This document shows, one piece after another, positions 28,845 to 39,197 of a stretch of DNA of 64,000 nucleotides. The position numbers and the translations under genes are program-made. The notes under the pieces are model-generated. The model searched no databases, was not told the DNA's origin, and worked only from the letters and a program-made list of their open reading frames with translations. The first letter of the stretch is position 1. The number at the start of each line of letters is the position of its first letter. Source of the stretch: an uncultured Flavobacteriaceae bacterium (GTDB taxonomy: Bacteria; Bacteroidota; Bacteroidia; Flavobacteriales; Flavobacteriaceae); NCBI GenBank assembly GCA_943789225.1, contig CALSTH010000003.1:103395-167394 (forward strand), read 5' to 3'.

Positions 28845-28854
28845 AAAATAACTA

Positions 28855-30009
28855 ATGAAAAAAACGCTTTCAACTTTAGGGTTCCTTCTTCTATTATTGA
28901 TTGGGATCCTTTATATCTCTGAATACAATTACCTGCTACGGGCCGTTTCAAAAATTTATTTAACGGGGCACACTACCGCATATCTCTCCGACTACGAAGG
29001 TTTTGACAATCACTTGTTACCTGCCTCTGAAAATCCAACATCCTGGCCACTGCACAAAGAGTACAACAAAGTCAGCTTGTCAGAAGAGCTGGAAGCCTAT
29101 CATAAAGAAACCCAAACCGTTGCTTTTGTTTTGATTAAAAACGACAGTGTTTATTTCGAAAAATACTACGACGGGTACGGTCCAGACTCGAAGAGCAACT
29201 CCTTTTCTGTAGCAAAAAGTATTGTTTCTGCTTTGCTAGGAAGAGCTATAGCGCAAGGACATATACAAAGTTTAGATCAAAAAGTGATCGACTTTTTACC
29301 CGAATTAAAAGGTCCCTACGCGGATCAAGTCACCTTAGGAGACTTGTCCAGTATGGCTTCAGGGCAACGCTGGGGCGAAGCCTATTATTCTCCTCTATCG
29401 GTTACTACCGCAGCCTATTTTGTAGAAGATTTAGACCAGCTAATCCTAGAGCAATCCATAGATGAAATGCCCGGAAAAGAATACATTTATAAAAGTGGTA
29501 CCACCCAACTTCTGGGAATGGTTCTTGCTCAGGCTACCGGAAAAAATTTAACGGACTACCTCTACGAAACCCTTTGGGACCCCATGGGCGCAGAGTACGA
29601 CAGTTACTGGCAGGTGGACAGTGCCCAAAAAGGGAGTGAAAAGGCCTACTGCTGTATTGCCTCAAACGCCAAAGATTTTGCCCGTATGGCAAAACTCTAT
29701 AAAGATTATGGGAAGTGGAACGGAGAAGTCCTTTTAGACTCCACCTTTGTTGCAAAATCTCTCAATGCACGATTCCCCGAAAGCCCCGAATACGGATACG
29801 GTTGGTGGTTAAAAGAGTATAAAGGACATAACGTTTTTATGATGCGCGGACACTTAGGGCAATATGTAATTACATTTCCAGAGGAAAATTTAATTCTAGT
29901 CCGTTTGGGACACAGCAAAGGGCCCAAAGGTCCAAAAGAAGACCCCTTTACTCCTGATATCTACAGGTATATGGATGCCGCTTTAGAACTCAACCCAGAT
30001 GCTGACTAA
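28855..30009 (+). CDS. serine hydrolase (beta-lactamase/PBP4* family)
   Basis: N-terminal TM/signal, SxxK motif (FSVAKS), 384 aa. Confidence 0.8.
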   Translation: MKKTLSTLGFLLLLLIGILYISEYNYLLRAVSKIYLTGHTTAYLSDYEGFDNHLLPASENPTSWPLHKEYNKVSLSEELEAYHKETQTVAFVLIKNDSVYFEKYYDGYGPDSKSNSFSVAKSIVSALLGRAIAQGHIQSLDQKVIDFLPELKGPYADQVTLGDLSSMASGQRWGEAYYSPLSVTTAAYFVEDLDQLILEQSIDEMPGKEYIYKSGTTQLLGMVLAQATGKNLTDYLYETLWDPMGAEYDSYWQVDSAQKGSEKAYCCIASNAKDFARMAKLYKDYGKWNGEVLLDSTFVAKSLNARFPESPEYGYGWWLKEYKGHNVFMMRGHLGQYVITFPEENLILVRLGHSKGPKGPKEDPFTPDIYRYMDAALELNPDAD

Positions 30010-30715
30010 TCTTGACCTTCATAAAATTCTTTTTCTCGACATTGAGACCGTTCCTTTGTATGAATCTTTTGCGCTGGTTCCTGAAATAGAACAAACCTAT
30101 TTTGGTGAAAAAACAGCATATCAACGCAAAGAAGATCAGACTCCAGAAGAATTTTACGAAAAGGCTGGAATCTGGGCAGAATTTGGAAAAATCATTTGTA
30201 TTTCTGTAGGCTATTTTACCCCGCAACAAAACCCAAGAGATTTTAGACTGAAAAGTTTTTATGGTAAAGAGGTTGATTTATTAAAGGAGTTTAAGTCCTT
30301 AGTAGGTACTTATTTTAGTACCCCCTATCATTTACTCTGTGGACACAATGCAAAAGAATTTGACTTCCCTTACATAGCCCGAAGAATGCTGATTCTAGGC
30401 ATTGAACTCCCCAAACCCTTAGAGCTTTTTAATAAAAAACCTTGGGAAGTACCGCATCTTGACACCCTACATCTCTGGCGTTTTGGAGATTACAAACACT
30501 ACACTTCTCTAAAACTCATGGCACACGTCTTGGGCATTCCTTCTCCCAAAGACGATATTGACGGGAGTCAAGTTGCTGGGGTTTATTACAAAGAAAAAAA
30601 CCTTGATCGGATTGTGCAATATTGTGAAAAAGATGTGATCACGGTTGCTCAAGTTATTCTCAAATTAAGAAATGAACCGCTACTTACTGAAAAAGAAATT
30701 ACCCTAAGCGTTTAA
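29999..30715 (+). CDS. stand-alone 3'-5' exonuclease, RNase H-like/PolB-exonuclease-like
   Basis: DEDD-type motifs: LFLDIETVP (ExoI), GHNAKEFDFPY (ExoII), YCEKDV (ExoIII). 11-nt overlap with the upstream gene. Confidence 0.75.
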   Translation: MLTNLDLHKILFLDIETVPLYESFALVPEIEQTYFGEKTAYQRKEDQTPEEFYEKAGIWAEFGKIICISVGYFTPQQNPRDFRLKSFYGKEVDLLKEFKSLVGTYFSTPYHLLCGHNAKEFDFPYIARRMLILGIELPKPLELFNKKPWEVPHLDTLHLWRFGDYKHYTSLKLMAHVLGIPSPKDDIDGSQVAGVYYKEKNLDRIVQYCEKDVITVAQVILKLRNEPLLTEKEITLSV

Positions 30716-30752
30716 GGGTAACTTATAAGTTAGAACCCGTATCTTTGAGTTA

Positions 30753-32420
30753 ATGCAGTCCGAGAAAAAATCACTTGTAGTTGTCCAAAACGCTTCATTA
30801 TCCATTGGAAATCTATCCATTCTAAAAGGCTTATCCTTTACTATAGAACAGCAAGAGCTTGTAGCTATTGTAGGAGAGTCGGGAAGTGGAAAATCCATGA
30901 CTGCCTTAATGCTAATGGGGCTGCAACCGAAAAAAGCTACCCTTGAAGCAGAGCTACTTACTTTTGAATCTCGTGATCTCAAAACCTTAACCCCTTCCGA
31001 TTGGCAAAAGCGCAGGGGCAACACCCTAGGCATGGTGTTTCAAGAACCTCAGTCCAGCTTGAACCCTACCCAGCGGTGTGGAAAACAACTGCTCGAAGTC
31101 CTAAAAATTCACCGTAACATCAGCTCAAAAGAAGGAGCAGTACAAGTCACAAAAGCACTAGAAGAAGTACAATTGCACGACACAAAACGCATCTTAAAAT
31201 CCTATCCTCATGAACTGAGTGGAGGGCAAAAACAGCGCATCATGATTGCCATGGCGCTGCTTTGCAAACCCAAACTTCTGATCGCAGACGAACCTACAAC
31301 GGCCTTAGATGTAACAGTTCAAAAAGAAATCATTGAGCTACTGAAATCCCTTCAAAAAAAATACAAGATGAGTGTTTTGTTCATCTCCCATGATTTGGCT
31401 TTAGTGAAACAACTCGCCGATCGGATTTTGGTCATGTATCGAGGAAGTATAGTGGAATCTGGAACTTCAACTGTCCTATTTAAAAATCCGAAACATCCCT
31501 ATACCAAAGGATTATTATTTGCACGCCCCGAAGTAGGAGTACGTCTGGAACGCCTTCCTACATTAAAAGACTATCAAAGTGGTACTTTTTCTCCAAAAAT
31601 AGTCTCCTTTAGCAAACGTCAAGAGCGACAAGATAAAATCTATGCTACCTCCCCCCTGCTCGAAGTCAAAGAACTTGAGAAAAGTTATGTTACAAAAGTG
31701 GGATGGGGAAAATCATCTCATTTTCAAGCGGTAAAACCCATCAGCTTTTCTCTTTACCCAGGAGAAACTTTGGGTTTGGTTGGCGAGTCGGGCTGTGGGA
31801 AATCAACACTTGCCAAAACGCTGATTTGTTTGGATCCGTTGACCGCCGGTGCACTCTATTGGCAAGGCGAAAAAATTGATCCAAAAAACAAAGCCCAAGT
31901 GGGTCAATTGCGAAAAGATGTTCAGTTTATTTTTCAAGATCCCTATGCTGCGCTTCATCCCTCCAAAACCCTAATCACTTCACTAGAAGAAGTCCTTTTA
32001 GTCCACGATTCGAAAAACAACAATACAATTCGTGAGCACGCTCTGGAGCTTCTCGCCCAAGTCGGTTTGGATTCCGAATTTGCACATCGCTACCCCCATG
32101 AACTTTCTGGGGGTCAACGCCAACGCGTGGTCATCGCTAGAGCTTTGGCAGTAGGTCCTAAAGTGTTACTCTGTGATGAGTCTGTAGCCGCATTAGACAT
32201 CTCTGTTCAAGCTCAAGTACTCAATCTTTTAAACGATTTAAAAAATGTACTGGGGTTGAGTTATCTTTTTATTTCGCACGATTTAGCAGTAGTAAAATAC
32301 ATGTCAGATCGAGTCATGGTGATGCAAGACGGAGAATTGGTTGAACTGCAAGAAGCTGATGCCTTGTATCAAAATCCAAAAAACAAGTACACCAAAAAGT
32401 TAATTGAGGCAATTCCCTGA
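30753..32420 (+). CDS. ABC transporter ATP-binding protein with duplicated ATPase domains (Dpp/Opp D-F fusion type)
   Basis: Two Walker A motifs (GESGSGKS, GESGCGKS) and two signatures (LSGGQKQR, LSGGQRQR). No permease gene nearby. Confidence 0.9.
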   Translation: MQSEKKSLVVVQNASLSIGNLSILKGLSFTIEQQELVAIVGESGSGKSMTALMLMGLQPKKATLEAELLTFESRDLKTLTPSDWQKRRGNTLGMVFQEPQSSLNPTQRCGKQLLEVLKIHRNISSKEGAVQVTKALEEVQLHDTKRILKSYPHELSGGQKQRIMIAMALLCKPKLLIADEPTTALDVTVQKEIIELLKSLQKKYKMSVLFISHDLALVKQLADRILVMYRGSIVESGTSTVLFKNPKHPYTKGLLFARPEVGVRLERLPTLKDYQSGTFSPKIVSFSKRQERQDKIYATSPLLEVKELEKSYVTKVGWGKSSHFQAVKPISFSLYPGETLGLVGESGCGKSTLAKTLICLDPLTAGALYWQGEKIDPKNKAQVGQLRKDVQFIFQDPYAALHPSKTLITSLEEVLLVHDSKNNNTIREHALELLAQVGLDSEFAHRYPHELSGGQRQRVVIARALAVGPKVLLCDESVAALDISVQAQVLNLLNDLKNVLGLSYLFISHDLAVVKYMSDRVMVMQDGELVELQEADALYQNPKNKYTKKLIEAIP

Positions 32421-32430
32421 GTACTTAGTA

Positions 32431-35400
32431 TCACTCATTTCTTAAAAAAACTTCAAACGATTTTAGCGGAACTTTATTTTCAAGCTTGTATTTCTTTTTT
32501 AATTCCTTTAGTGATTGCATCACCTCAGCATTGTATTTGCGAATGGTTTCTAAATTCTCAAGCTCATTTGCTGTAGGGGCTCCGTAATTATTCTCCACTT
32601 TTTGAAACAGGGTGGTCATTTTTTCTCGTAGTTGCGGTTCTGCTGCTCCCACATAATTATCCCCTGTTGTAATGACCATTGACTCCTTCAACTCAGTCAA
32701 CTTCGTTTCTAATTTTCGTTTTTTTGATGTTGAAGCATAAGCCATGTAAGCGTCTACTTGAAAAACAGCGTAGGCTAAAGACTCTATCATATCGTAGAGT
32801 TCACTTACTATTTTCTGTTTTTGTTTACGATCCGCTTCAGGAATTTTAATTTGTTCATCGTTCACCAATTCAAAAGGTTGTTCAAATGTTTGCCGTCCTT
32901 TTGTAATCTTAGCCGTGTAGCTTCCTGATGGCAATAAAGGAGAAGTAAAGCCACCAAATGAAAATGTTTTTCCTTTCGCTACTTTTGGCTGTTTAAGCCT
33001 ATAGGACCAGTTCACAATATTAATCCCTTTTGATTTACCCGGTGTTATCTCGGAGAGGGTATCGCCTTTTTGATCGACAATAGCCATTGTCATTTTTCCA
33101 AAAGTATGCCGTTTTTTCAAGTAGTATTTGATTTGTGCTAAGCTGGATTTATTACCTCCCACAAACTGGGTTTCATTCCCAAAGTTTCCTGAAAAGTTTT
33201 GTGTTTCTTTTATTACCGTGGGTTTACTTTTAAAGAAGTGTAGTGTTTTATTCATTACATTTTCATCCAGTTCTCGCAATGGAGAAATGTCGTCAATGAT
33301 AATGATTCCTCTACCGTGAGTTCCCAGCACCAAATCATTTGTTTGCTTTTGAAGATCAATAAAATGAGTGGCTACGGCAGGCATATTGTTCGTGAACTTA
33401 AACCACTTCTCTCCTCCATTTAGTGTTATGTAAAGTCCCAATTCTGTCCCTAAGAAAAGTAAGTCTGGATTTTCGTAATCCACTTGAATATTTCGAACGA
33501 CACCTGCTACTTCATCGGTAATGATATTGGTCCATGTTTTACCAAAATCTGTTGTTTTGTATGCATAGGGAGTTTTGTCGTTGTTGGTATGACCGTCAAA
33601 GACAGCATAGGCTGTCGCCTTGTCTAATGTGCTAGCTTCTATGTGATAACACCAAGTGTTTTTTGGCAAATCTGGAATGTTTGCAACGGTATTGGTCCAA
33701 GATTTCCCACCGTCTTGGGTAAGCTGAACATTCCCATCGTCTGTACCTACCCAAATGATGTTGGCACCGATCTCTGAGGGGGCAATAGTGAAGATGGTTG
33801 TGTGATTTTCAGCACCAGAATTGTCTTTTGAAAGACCTCCTGAATTGTCTTGATTCTGTTTTTCGGGATCGTTAGTCGATAAATCTGGGGAGATAATCTT
33901 CCAAGTAGCACCTTGATCATCTGATTGATGTAAAAACTGACTCCCAATATAAAGTCTATCGGGATGAAGCGGGGTTACAGCCATTGGGGGGTTCCAGTTG
34001 AAGCGCAACTTTTGATCTTGGCTTGTAGGTAACGGTTGGATGGTTTTAATAAGTTGTCGGTCTGTGTCAATACGCCACACATTATCCGCCCCTTGCATTT
34101 CAGAATAAATGATGTTTTGGGTAGGGTGTTTTAAAACACGAAATCCGTCACCTGCACCCACAGAATTCCAATCTCTTGCTTGCACACCTCCAGGAGAGGA
34201 GGAAGGTCCGTACCATGAGCCATTGTCCTGAAGCCCTCCATAGACATTGTAGGGTGTTTTATCGTCTACGCTAATTTGATAAAACTGAGATAAGGGTAAG
34301 TTTTCTACAATTTCGCAGGTAGTCCCTCCGTTCCAGCTTCTGTACACTCCTCCATCTGTTCCAAAAAACATATGATCTGAATGCGTATTTGAAAAAACGA
34401 TGTCATGTACATCACTGTGCATGTCCCCAAGATTCTTAAATGTTTTCCCTCCATCTTTTGAAATAGAACCATAAAGACCTCCTTTTACAATTACATTTTC
34501 ATCTTTTGGATCAACGACGATTCTGGAAAAATAAAAAGGGCGAACGGTAATCTCAAAATCGTTATTTAGTTGCTCCCAATTTGCACCTCCATTATTACTT
34601 CGGTACAAGCCTTTATCTTCTTTCTTTTCCGCTTCAATCACGGTGTAAAGGGTTTCGGGTTTACTAGGTGCGAGCGCAATTCCCATTCTTCCTAATTTCC
34701 CCTCAGGAAACCCCTTGTGAATCTTATTCCATGTTTTCCCACCATCGGTAGATTTGTACAGAGCACTGTTTTCTCCCCCAGAATCAAATGACCAAGCTGT
34801 TCTTCTAAACTCCCACATGGAAGCATATAAAACCAATGGGTTAGTGGGATCCATGATTAAATCTGCACAGCCTGTTTTTGGATTGATGTACAAGATTTTT
34901 TCCCAAGTTGTTCCTCCATCTGATGATTTAAATACACCTCGCTCTTTATTATCGCCCCACAAGGCTCCTAGTGCTCCTACATAAATTTCATTGGAATTTT
35001 CAGGATTGACAATCACACTGGCAATTCGTTCTGAGTTTTCAAGACCAATTTTATTCCAATTAGACCCTCCATCTGTAGATTTGTACAATCCATCTCCATA
35101 GGAGACACTGTTTCTTGTCCAAGTTTCCCCTGTCCCAACATAAATCGTTTTATCAGGGTCGTTGGGGTCTAAAGTCACAGCACCTATCGATTGAATGTGA
35201 TCATCAAAAATGGGATTAAACGTAGCTCCCCCATCATTTGATTTCCATACTCCCCCTCCAGCAGCTCCTAGATAAATGATTCTATCATTAGTGGGGTGTA
35301 ATTCTAAATCATTGATTCTTCCACTCATTAAGGCAGGACCTATATGTCTTGCAGTAAGGTCTCCAAAAAGTGCTTTCCCTTCTTTTGTGGAATTACTTTG

Positions 35401-35466
35401 TGCATATGAAAACAGGCTGATGCTCATAAACAATACGGATAGCATACTAGTACTAAAGTTTTTCAT
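32431..35466 (-). CDS. secreted BNR/sortilin(VPS10)-like repeat protein, paralogue of 7869-11006
   Basis: 1011 aa, signal peptide. GAAGGGVWKSNDGGATF, STDGGSNW, SSDGGTTW, STDGGKTW BNR motifs. Same architecture as the first copy. Confidence 0.85.
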   Translation of the reverse strand: MKNFSTSMLSVLFMSISLFSYAQSNSTKEGKALFGDLTARHIGPALMSGRINDLELHPTNDRIIYLGAAGGGVWKSNDGGATFNPIFDDHIQSIGAVTLDPNDPDKTIYVGTGETWTRNSVSYGDGLYKSTDGGSNWNKIGLENSERIASVIVNPENSNEIYVGALGALWGDNKERGVFKSSDGGTTWEKILYINPKTGCADLIMDPTNPLVLYASMWEFRRTAWSFDSGGENSALYKSTDGGKTWNKIHKGFPEGKLGRMGIALAPSKPETLYTVIEAEKKEDKGLYRSNNGGANWEQLNNDFEITVRPFYFSRIVVDPKDENVIVKGGLYGSISKDGGKTFKNLGDMHSDVHDIVFSNTHSDHMFFGTDGGVYRSWNGGTTCEIVENLPLSQFYQISVDDKTPYNVYGGLQDNGSWYGPSSSPGGVQARDWNSVGAGDGFRVLKHPTQNIIYSEMQGADNVWRIDTDRQLIKTIQPLPTSQDQKLRFNWNPPMAVTPLHPDRLYIGSQFLHQSDDQGATWKIISPDLSTNDPEKQNQDNSGGLSKDNSGAENHTTIFTIAPSEIGANIIWVGTDDGNVQLTQDGGKSWTNTVANIPDLPKNTWCYHIEASTLDKATAYAVFDGHTNNDKTPYAYKTTDFGKTWTNIITDEVAGVVRNIQVDYENPDLLFLGTELGLYITLNGGEKWFKFTNNMPAVATHFIDLQKQTNDLVLGTHGRGIIIIDDISPLRELDENVMNKTLHFFKSKPTVIKETQNFSGNFGNETQFVGGNKSSLAQIKYYLKKRHTFGKMTMAIVDQKGDTLSEITPGKSKGINIVNWSYRLKQPKVAKGKTFSFGGFTSPLLPSGSYTAKITKGRQTFEQPFELVNDEQIKIPEADRKQKQKIVSELYDMIESLAYAVFQVDAYMAYASTSKKRKLETKLTELKESMVITTGDNYVGAAEPQLREKMTTLFQKVENNYGAPTANELENLETIRKYNAEVMQSLKELKKKYKLENKVPLKSFEVFLRNE

Positions 35467-35492
35467 TTGAATTGCGATAAAAGGATTAAATA

Positions 35493-36248
35493 CTACTGTT
35501 TGGCAGGTAGTTCAAAGGCTGAAGGATCTACTTCAGGATTCAAAATAATTTCACTCATTGTGATGGGTTGTCCAGGTTGACCTTTGACCCCTTGCGTCAT
35601 CGAAAAGGGAAAATACAATCCGTCAACCTCATCATAATCACTAAACGATATTTCTGAAGTCATACCTTTTCCTGGACCTGAGGTGATTTCACTTTGAATG
35701 CCAATGGGAACAAAATTATCAACGTCAAAGAAATAGAATGAAATGTCATCAAAAACTGCACCGTCTTCGGTTTTGGGTTCTTTAACTAATTTAATTTTAA
35801 ACGTTTCTGTACCTCCAAAAGATTCAGTACCCATAAGTTCAACAGTGTATCCTTTTTCTTTATAATTGATAAAGGAGTCGGGAAAATCATTTAATTCCAA
35901 TTTAAAATTAGCAGTAGCTTCTGCATCGCTTTCCTCTGCCTCCATCGTCATAAAGTTATGGGACCACAAGCGTGTGCCATCATAAACCCCTTGCTTAATT
36001 TCTTTGCCTTGAAAGTTTATGACTTGCATTTGTCGACCATCTTTTAATTGTATTATTTCCAAAGGAATTTCCATTCCTTGTTGATTGATCTTGGCGATCA
36101 TTTTAATACCATTCAATTGATTCCAGTTTTCTAGACCTCCCGTATTTTCGAAATAGTTAGAAATAATCTCCTCTGCTGACTGTGCTGTTACAGGGGTTGT
36201 GCTAAAGAGAAATAAAAGCGATAAGGGTAGTAAGTAATAAATTTTCAT
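35493..36248 (-). CDS. hypothetical secreted protein (LolA/outer-membrane-lipoprotein-sorting-like, tentative)
   Basis: 251 aa, signal peptide (TPVTAQS), 26 nt downstream of the BNR paralogue. Family assignment is from memory only. Confidence 0.55.
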   Translation of the reverse strand: MKIYYLLPLSLLFLFSTTPVTAQSAEEIISNYFENTGGLENWNQLNGIKMIAKINQQGMEIPLEIIQLKDGRQMQVINFQGKEIKQGVYDGTRLWSHNFMTMEAEESDAEATANFKLELNDFPDSFINYKEKGYTVELMGTESFGGTETFKIKLVKEPKTEDGAVFDDISFYFFDVDNFVPIGIQSEITSGPGKGMTSEISFSDYDEVDGLYFPFSMTQGVKGQPGQPITMSEIILNPEVDPSAFELPAKQ

Positions 36249-36322
36249 ATTTTAGGTTTTTGTTAATTAGGGTTCAAACTAGTAAGACGAGCTAGTTGAT
36301 TCATTGTTACAATTCTTCAAAA

Positions 36323-37360
36323 TCATGTGGATGGATTTGGTATGGCCTCATGTATTTCATTGATTGCTTTGAGCACTTCGTCACTCAATTTGATAGAGGC
36401 CGTATCTATATTTTCTTTTAATTGTGTGAGGTTGGTTGCCCCAATGATATTACTAGTCATAAACGGTCGATCGTTGACAAAAGCTAAGGCCAATTGAGTT
36501 AACGTCAGTCCCTGTTTTTCTGCTAAATCATGATAGGCTTCTACTGCTTTTAAGCAAGGGTCCGAGCTGTACCGATCGTAATGAGGAAAAAGGGTCAGTC
36601 TTGCTTTTTCGGGTTGTTTACCACCGCGGTATTTCCCTGAGAGTACCCCAAAAGCAAGGGGGGAATAGGCTAATAAGCCTATATTTTCTCGGTGACAGAC
36701 CTCGGCATTCCCTACTTCAAAAGTCCGGTTTAAAAGGGAATACGGGTTTTGAATGGTTCGTACTCTAGGACGTTCACTTGAAGCCGCATTGAGAAAATGC
36801 ATCGTCCCCCAGGGGGTTTCATTGGACAACCCAATATAGCGTATGTTCCCTTTTTTCACATGTCCTCCAAGCGCATCTAATACTTCTTCAAAATTTTGTT
36901 GCCATACTTCTCCACGTTGATAACTATACCCTCGTTTACCAAAAAAATTGGTAGGGCGTTCCGGCCAATGGATTTGATACAAATCCATGTAGTCTGTTTG
37001 TAGGCGCTTTAAATTGTTTTCCACAGCCTGGTCAATGGTCTTTTTAGAATAACTTTTATCTGTTCTGATGTGCTGGGTAAATGCTGCGGGGCCTGCAATT
37101 TTTGAAGCTAAAATGACCTTTTCTCGATTTCCAGTTTTTTTAAACCAGGTTCCTATGAAGCGTTCTGTATCCCCTTGTTCTTCAGCACGTGGAGGTATGG
37201 GGTAGAGTTCTGCCGTATCAAAAAAATTAACTCCCTGTGCTAAAGCATAGTCCATTTGTTCGTGCCCTTCGGCTTCTGTATTTTGTCTTCCCCAGGTCAT
37301 GGTACCCAGACAAATTTTACTGACCTCAATGTCCGTTCCGGGTAATAAATTGTATTCCAT
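36323..37360 (-). CDS. NADP-dependent aldo/keto reductase (Tas-like)
   Basis: 345 aa. LGTMTWG, FFDTAELY and IGLSNETPWG motifs. Confidence 0.85.
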   Translation of the reverse strand: MEYNLLPGTDIEVSKICLGTMTWGRQNTEAEGHEQMDYALAQGVNFFDTAELYPIPPRAEEQGDTERFIGTWFKKTGNREKVILASKIAGPAAFTQHIRTDKSYSKKTIDQAVENNLKRLQTDYMDLYQIHWPERPTNFFGKRGYSYQRGEVWQQNFEEVLDALGGHVKKGNIRYIGLSNETPWGTMHFLNAASSERPRVRTIQNPYSLLNRTFEVGNAEVCHRENIGLLAYSPLAFGVLSGKYRGGKQPEKARLTLFPHYDRYSSDPCLKAVEAYHDLAEKQGLTLTQLALAFVNDRPFMTSNIIGATNLTQLKENIDTASIKLSDEVLKAINEIHEAIPNPST

Positions 37361-37363
37361 TTT

Positions 37364-38257
37364 TTAATTATTTGCTTCTAATAGTGAAGTAATTTCATCT
37401 AGTGAAGGGCTTAACACGACTTCAATTCTTCGATTGGCTGCACGTCCATCTACGGAACTGTTTGGAGCAATGGGCACGTATTCGCTACGGCCTGCAGCGG
37501 TGAGATTCTGAGGTAAAATTTGATCGTTTTCTAATAGGATTTCTACTACGGCGGTGGCTCGTTTGGTGGACAAATCCCAATTGGATTCCATTGTAGATCT
37601 ACTCGTAAAAGGAACATTGTCCGTATGTCCTTCAATTAAGATCGCAATGTCTGGGTTTTCCACTAAAACCTTTGCTAATTGTCGAAGGGCCTGTTTTCCT
37701 TGGGCTTCTACATCCCATCTGCCTGACTTAAACAGGAGTTTGTTTTCCATGGAAATATACACTTTTCCGTTGCGTTGTTCTACGGTAAGACCTTTCCCTT
37801 CAAAGTTTAACAAGGCGTCGGAAAGGCGGTCTTTGAGTTCATTCAAAGCCTGTTTTTGTTCTTCCATCATTTCTTCCAGCTGATCGACACGCTCTGATCG
37901 GGATTCGAGTTCTGTTTCTTTAAGGGCAATTTCTTTGAGCAAGGCGTTGTTTGCAGCGATACGCTCTTGGATTTTGAGGTCGCTGTTTTCCTTCAAAAGT
38001 GCAAACTCTTGCTGGAGCGTCTTTATTTTTTTCAATCCTTTTTGCACACTATCTCTGGATCGTTTGAGATAGGCAGTGGCTTCTTCCCATTTGCTATTCA
38101 ATCGGTCCCAAGATTGTTGCAGGGAATCTTGAGATTTTTCCAAAGCATTGCGTTCTTGTTTCAAAACGGCATAGCGCAATTCAAGATCGTTAAAAACTTT
38201 AGTAGAAACACAGTGGGTAAAGAAAAAAAGTGTCGCAAATAAAAGGAAGTATCTCAT
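37364..38257 (-). CDS. OmpA-family protein with long N-terminal coiled coil
   Basis: Signal/lipobox-like FFTHC, heptad-rich region, C-terminal OmpA domain (GHTDNVPF...NRRIEVVL). Confidence 0.85.
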   Translation of the reverse strand: MRYFLLFATLFFFTHCVSTKVFNDLELRYAVLKQERNALEKSQDSLQQSWDRLNSKWEEATAYLKRSRDSVQKGLKKIKTLQQEFALLKENSDLKIQERIAANNALLKEIALKETELESRSERVDQLEEMMEEQKQALNELKDRLSDALLNFEGKGLTVEQRNGKVYISMENKLLFKSGRWDVEAQGKQALRQLAKVLVENPDIAILIEGHTDNVPFTSRSTMESNWDLSTKRATAVVEILLENDQILPQNLTAAGRSEYVPIAPNSSVDGRAANRRIEVVLSPSLDEITSLLEANN

Positions 38258-38258
38258 A

Positions 38259-39020
38259 TTAAAAGTTTAATTCTAATCCTACTGGACAATGATCGGAATG
38301 TTTGGCTTCAGGCAATATAAATGACCTACTGATGTTTTCTTTAAGCGGTGAACTAACGAGTGCATAATCAATTCGCCACCCCTTGTTGTTGTTTCGGGCA
38401 TTGGCCCGATAACTCCACCAACTGTAATGATGGGGTTCGGAATTTAAATAACGAAAGGAATCGATAAAACCCGACTTCATAAACCCGTCTAGCCAGCTCC
38501 GTTCTTCGGGAAGAAAACCCGAAACTGTTTTGTTGCGAACAGGATCGTGAATGTCTATCGCTTCATGGCAAATGTTATAGTCTCCGCAAATCATCAAGTT
38601 GGGAATTTCTTTTTTTAGCTTTTCGATATAGTCCTGAAACTCATCCATGAATTTAAATTTGTAGTCTAACCGATCTACATTGGTCCCGGAAGGAAGGTAA
38701 AGGCTCATTACAGAAACCTCATCGAAGTCCACTCTGAGAATTCGACCTTCAAAATCCATGTGGTCTATTCCACTACCATAAACTACCTTATTCGGTTCTT
38801 TTTTGGTTAAAATGGCTACACCACTATAGCCCTTTTTTTGTGCAGAAAACCAATAGTGGTGGTACCCCAAATCTTCAAACACGCCCGTATCAACTTGTTC
38901 TTGAAGTGCTTTGGTTTCTTGGACACAAAGCACATCAGGATCAGCGGCTTGAAGCCAGTCTGCGAAGCCTTTTTTTAATGCTGCCCGAATGCCGTTGACG
39001 TTATAAGAAAGTACTCTCAA
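38259..39020 (-). CDS. xth: exodeoxyribonuclease III
   Basis: SYNVNGIRA, QETK, SDHCPV motifs. TTG start (TAA 4 codons upstream, no ATG). Confidence 0.9.
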   Translation of the reverse strand: MRVLSYNVNGIRAALKKGFADWLQAADPDVLCVQETKALQEQVDTGVFEDLGYHHYWFSAQKKGYSGVAILTKKEPNKVVYGSGIDHMDFEGRILRVDFDEVSVMSLYLPSGTNVDRLDYKFKFMDEFQDYIEKLKKEIPNLMICGDYNICHEAIDIHDPVRNKTVSGFLPEERSWLDGFMKSGFIDSFRYLNSEPHHYSWWSYRANARNNNKGWRIDYALVSSPLKENISRSFILPEAKHSDHCPVGLELNF

Positions 39021-39197
39021 ATCTATTTTTTACGAAGATAAAAAATCCTCTCTGTTAATGAAATTTAAATAGAATGGGTTATACTCTAAATTTTTCAACA
39101 ACTACAGTGTTGAAGTTTTTGCAGGTGCCGGACGCTATTTGAACGAGCAATACTTTGATGCGTATCCCAGAGTGGGGGTTTCTATTGGGAAACGTTT

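Noticed and set aside
39094-39120. Hairpin TTCAACA-actacag-TGTTGAA followed by GTTTTT in the glyQS-xth spacer, as a terminator or the 3' end of an sRNA.
   Set aside because: The T-run is on the plus strand while both flanking genes are on the minus strand. The stem is only 7 bp and AT-rich, and no plus-strand promoter or conserved structure is evident.
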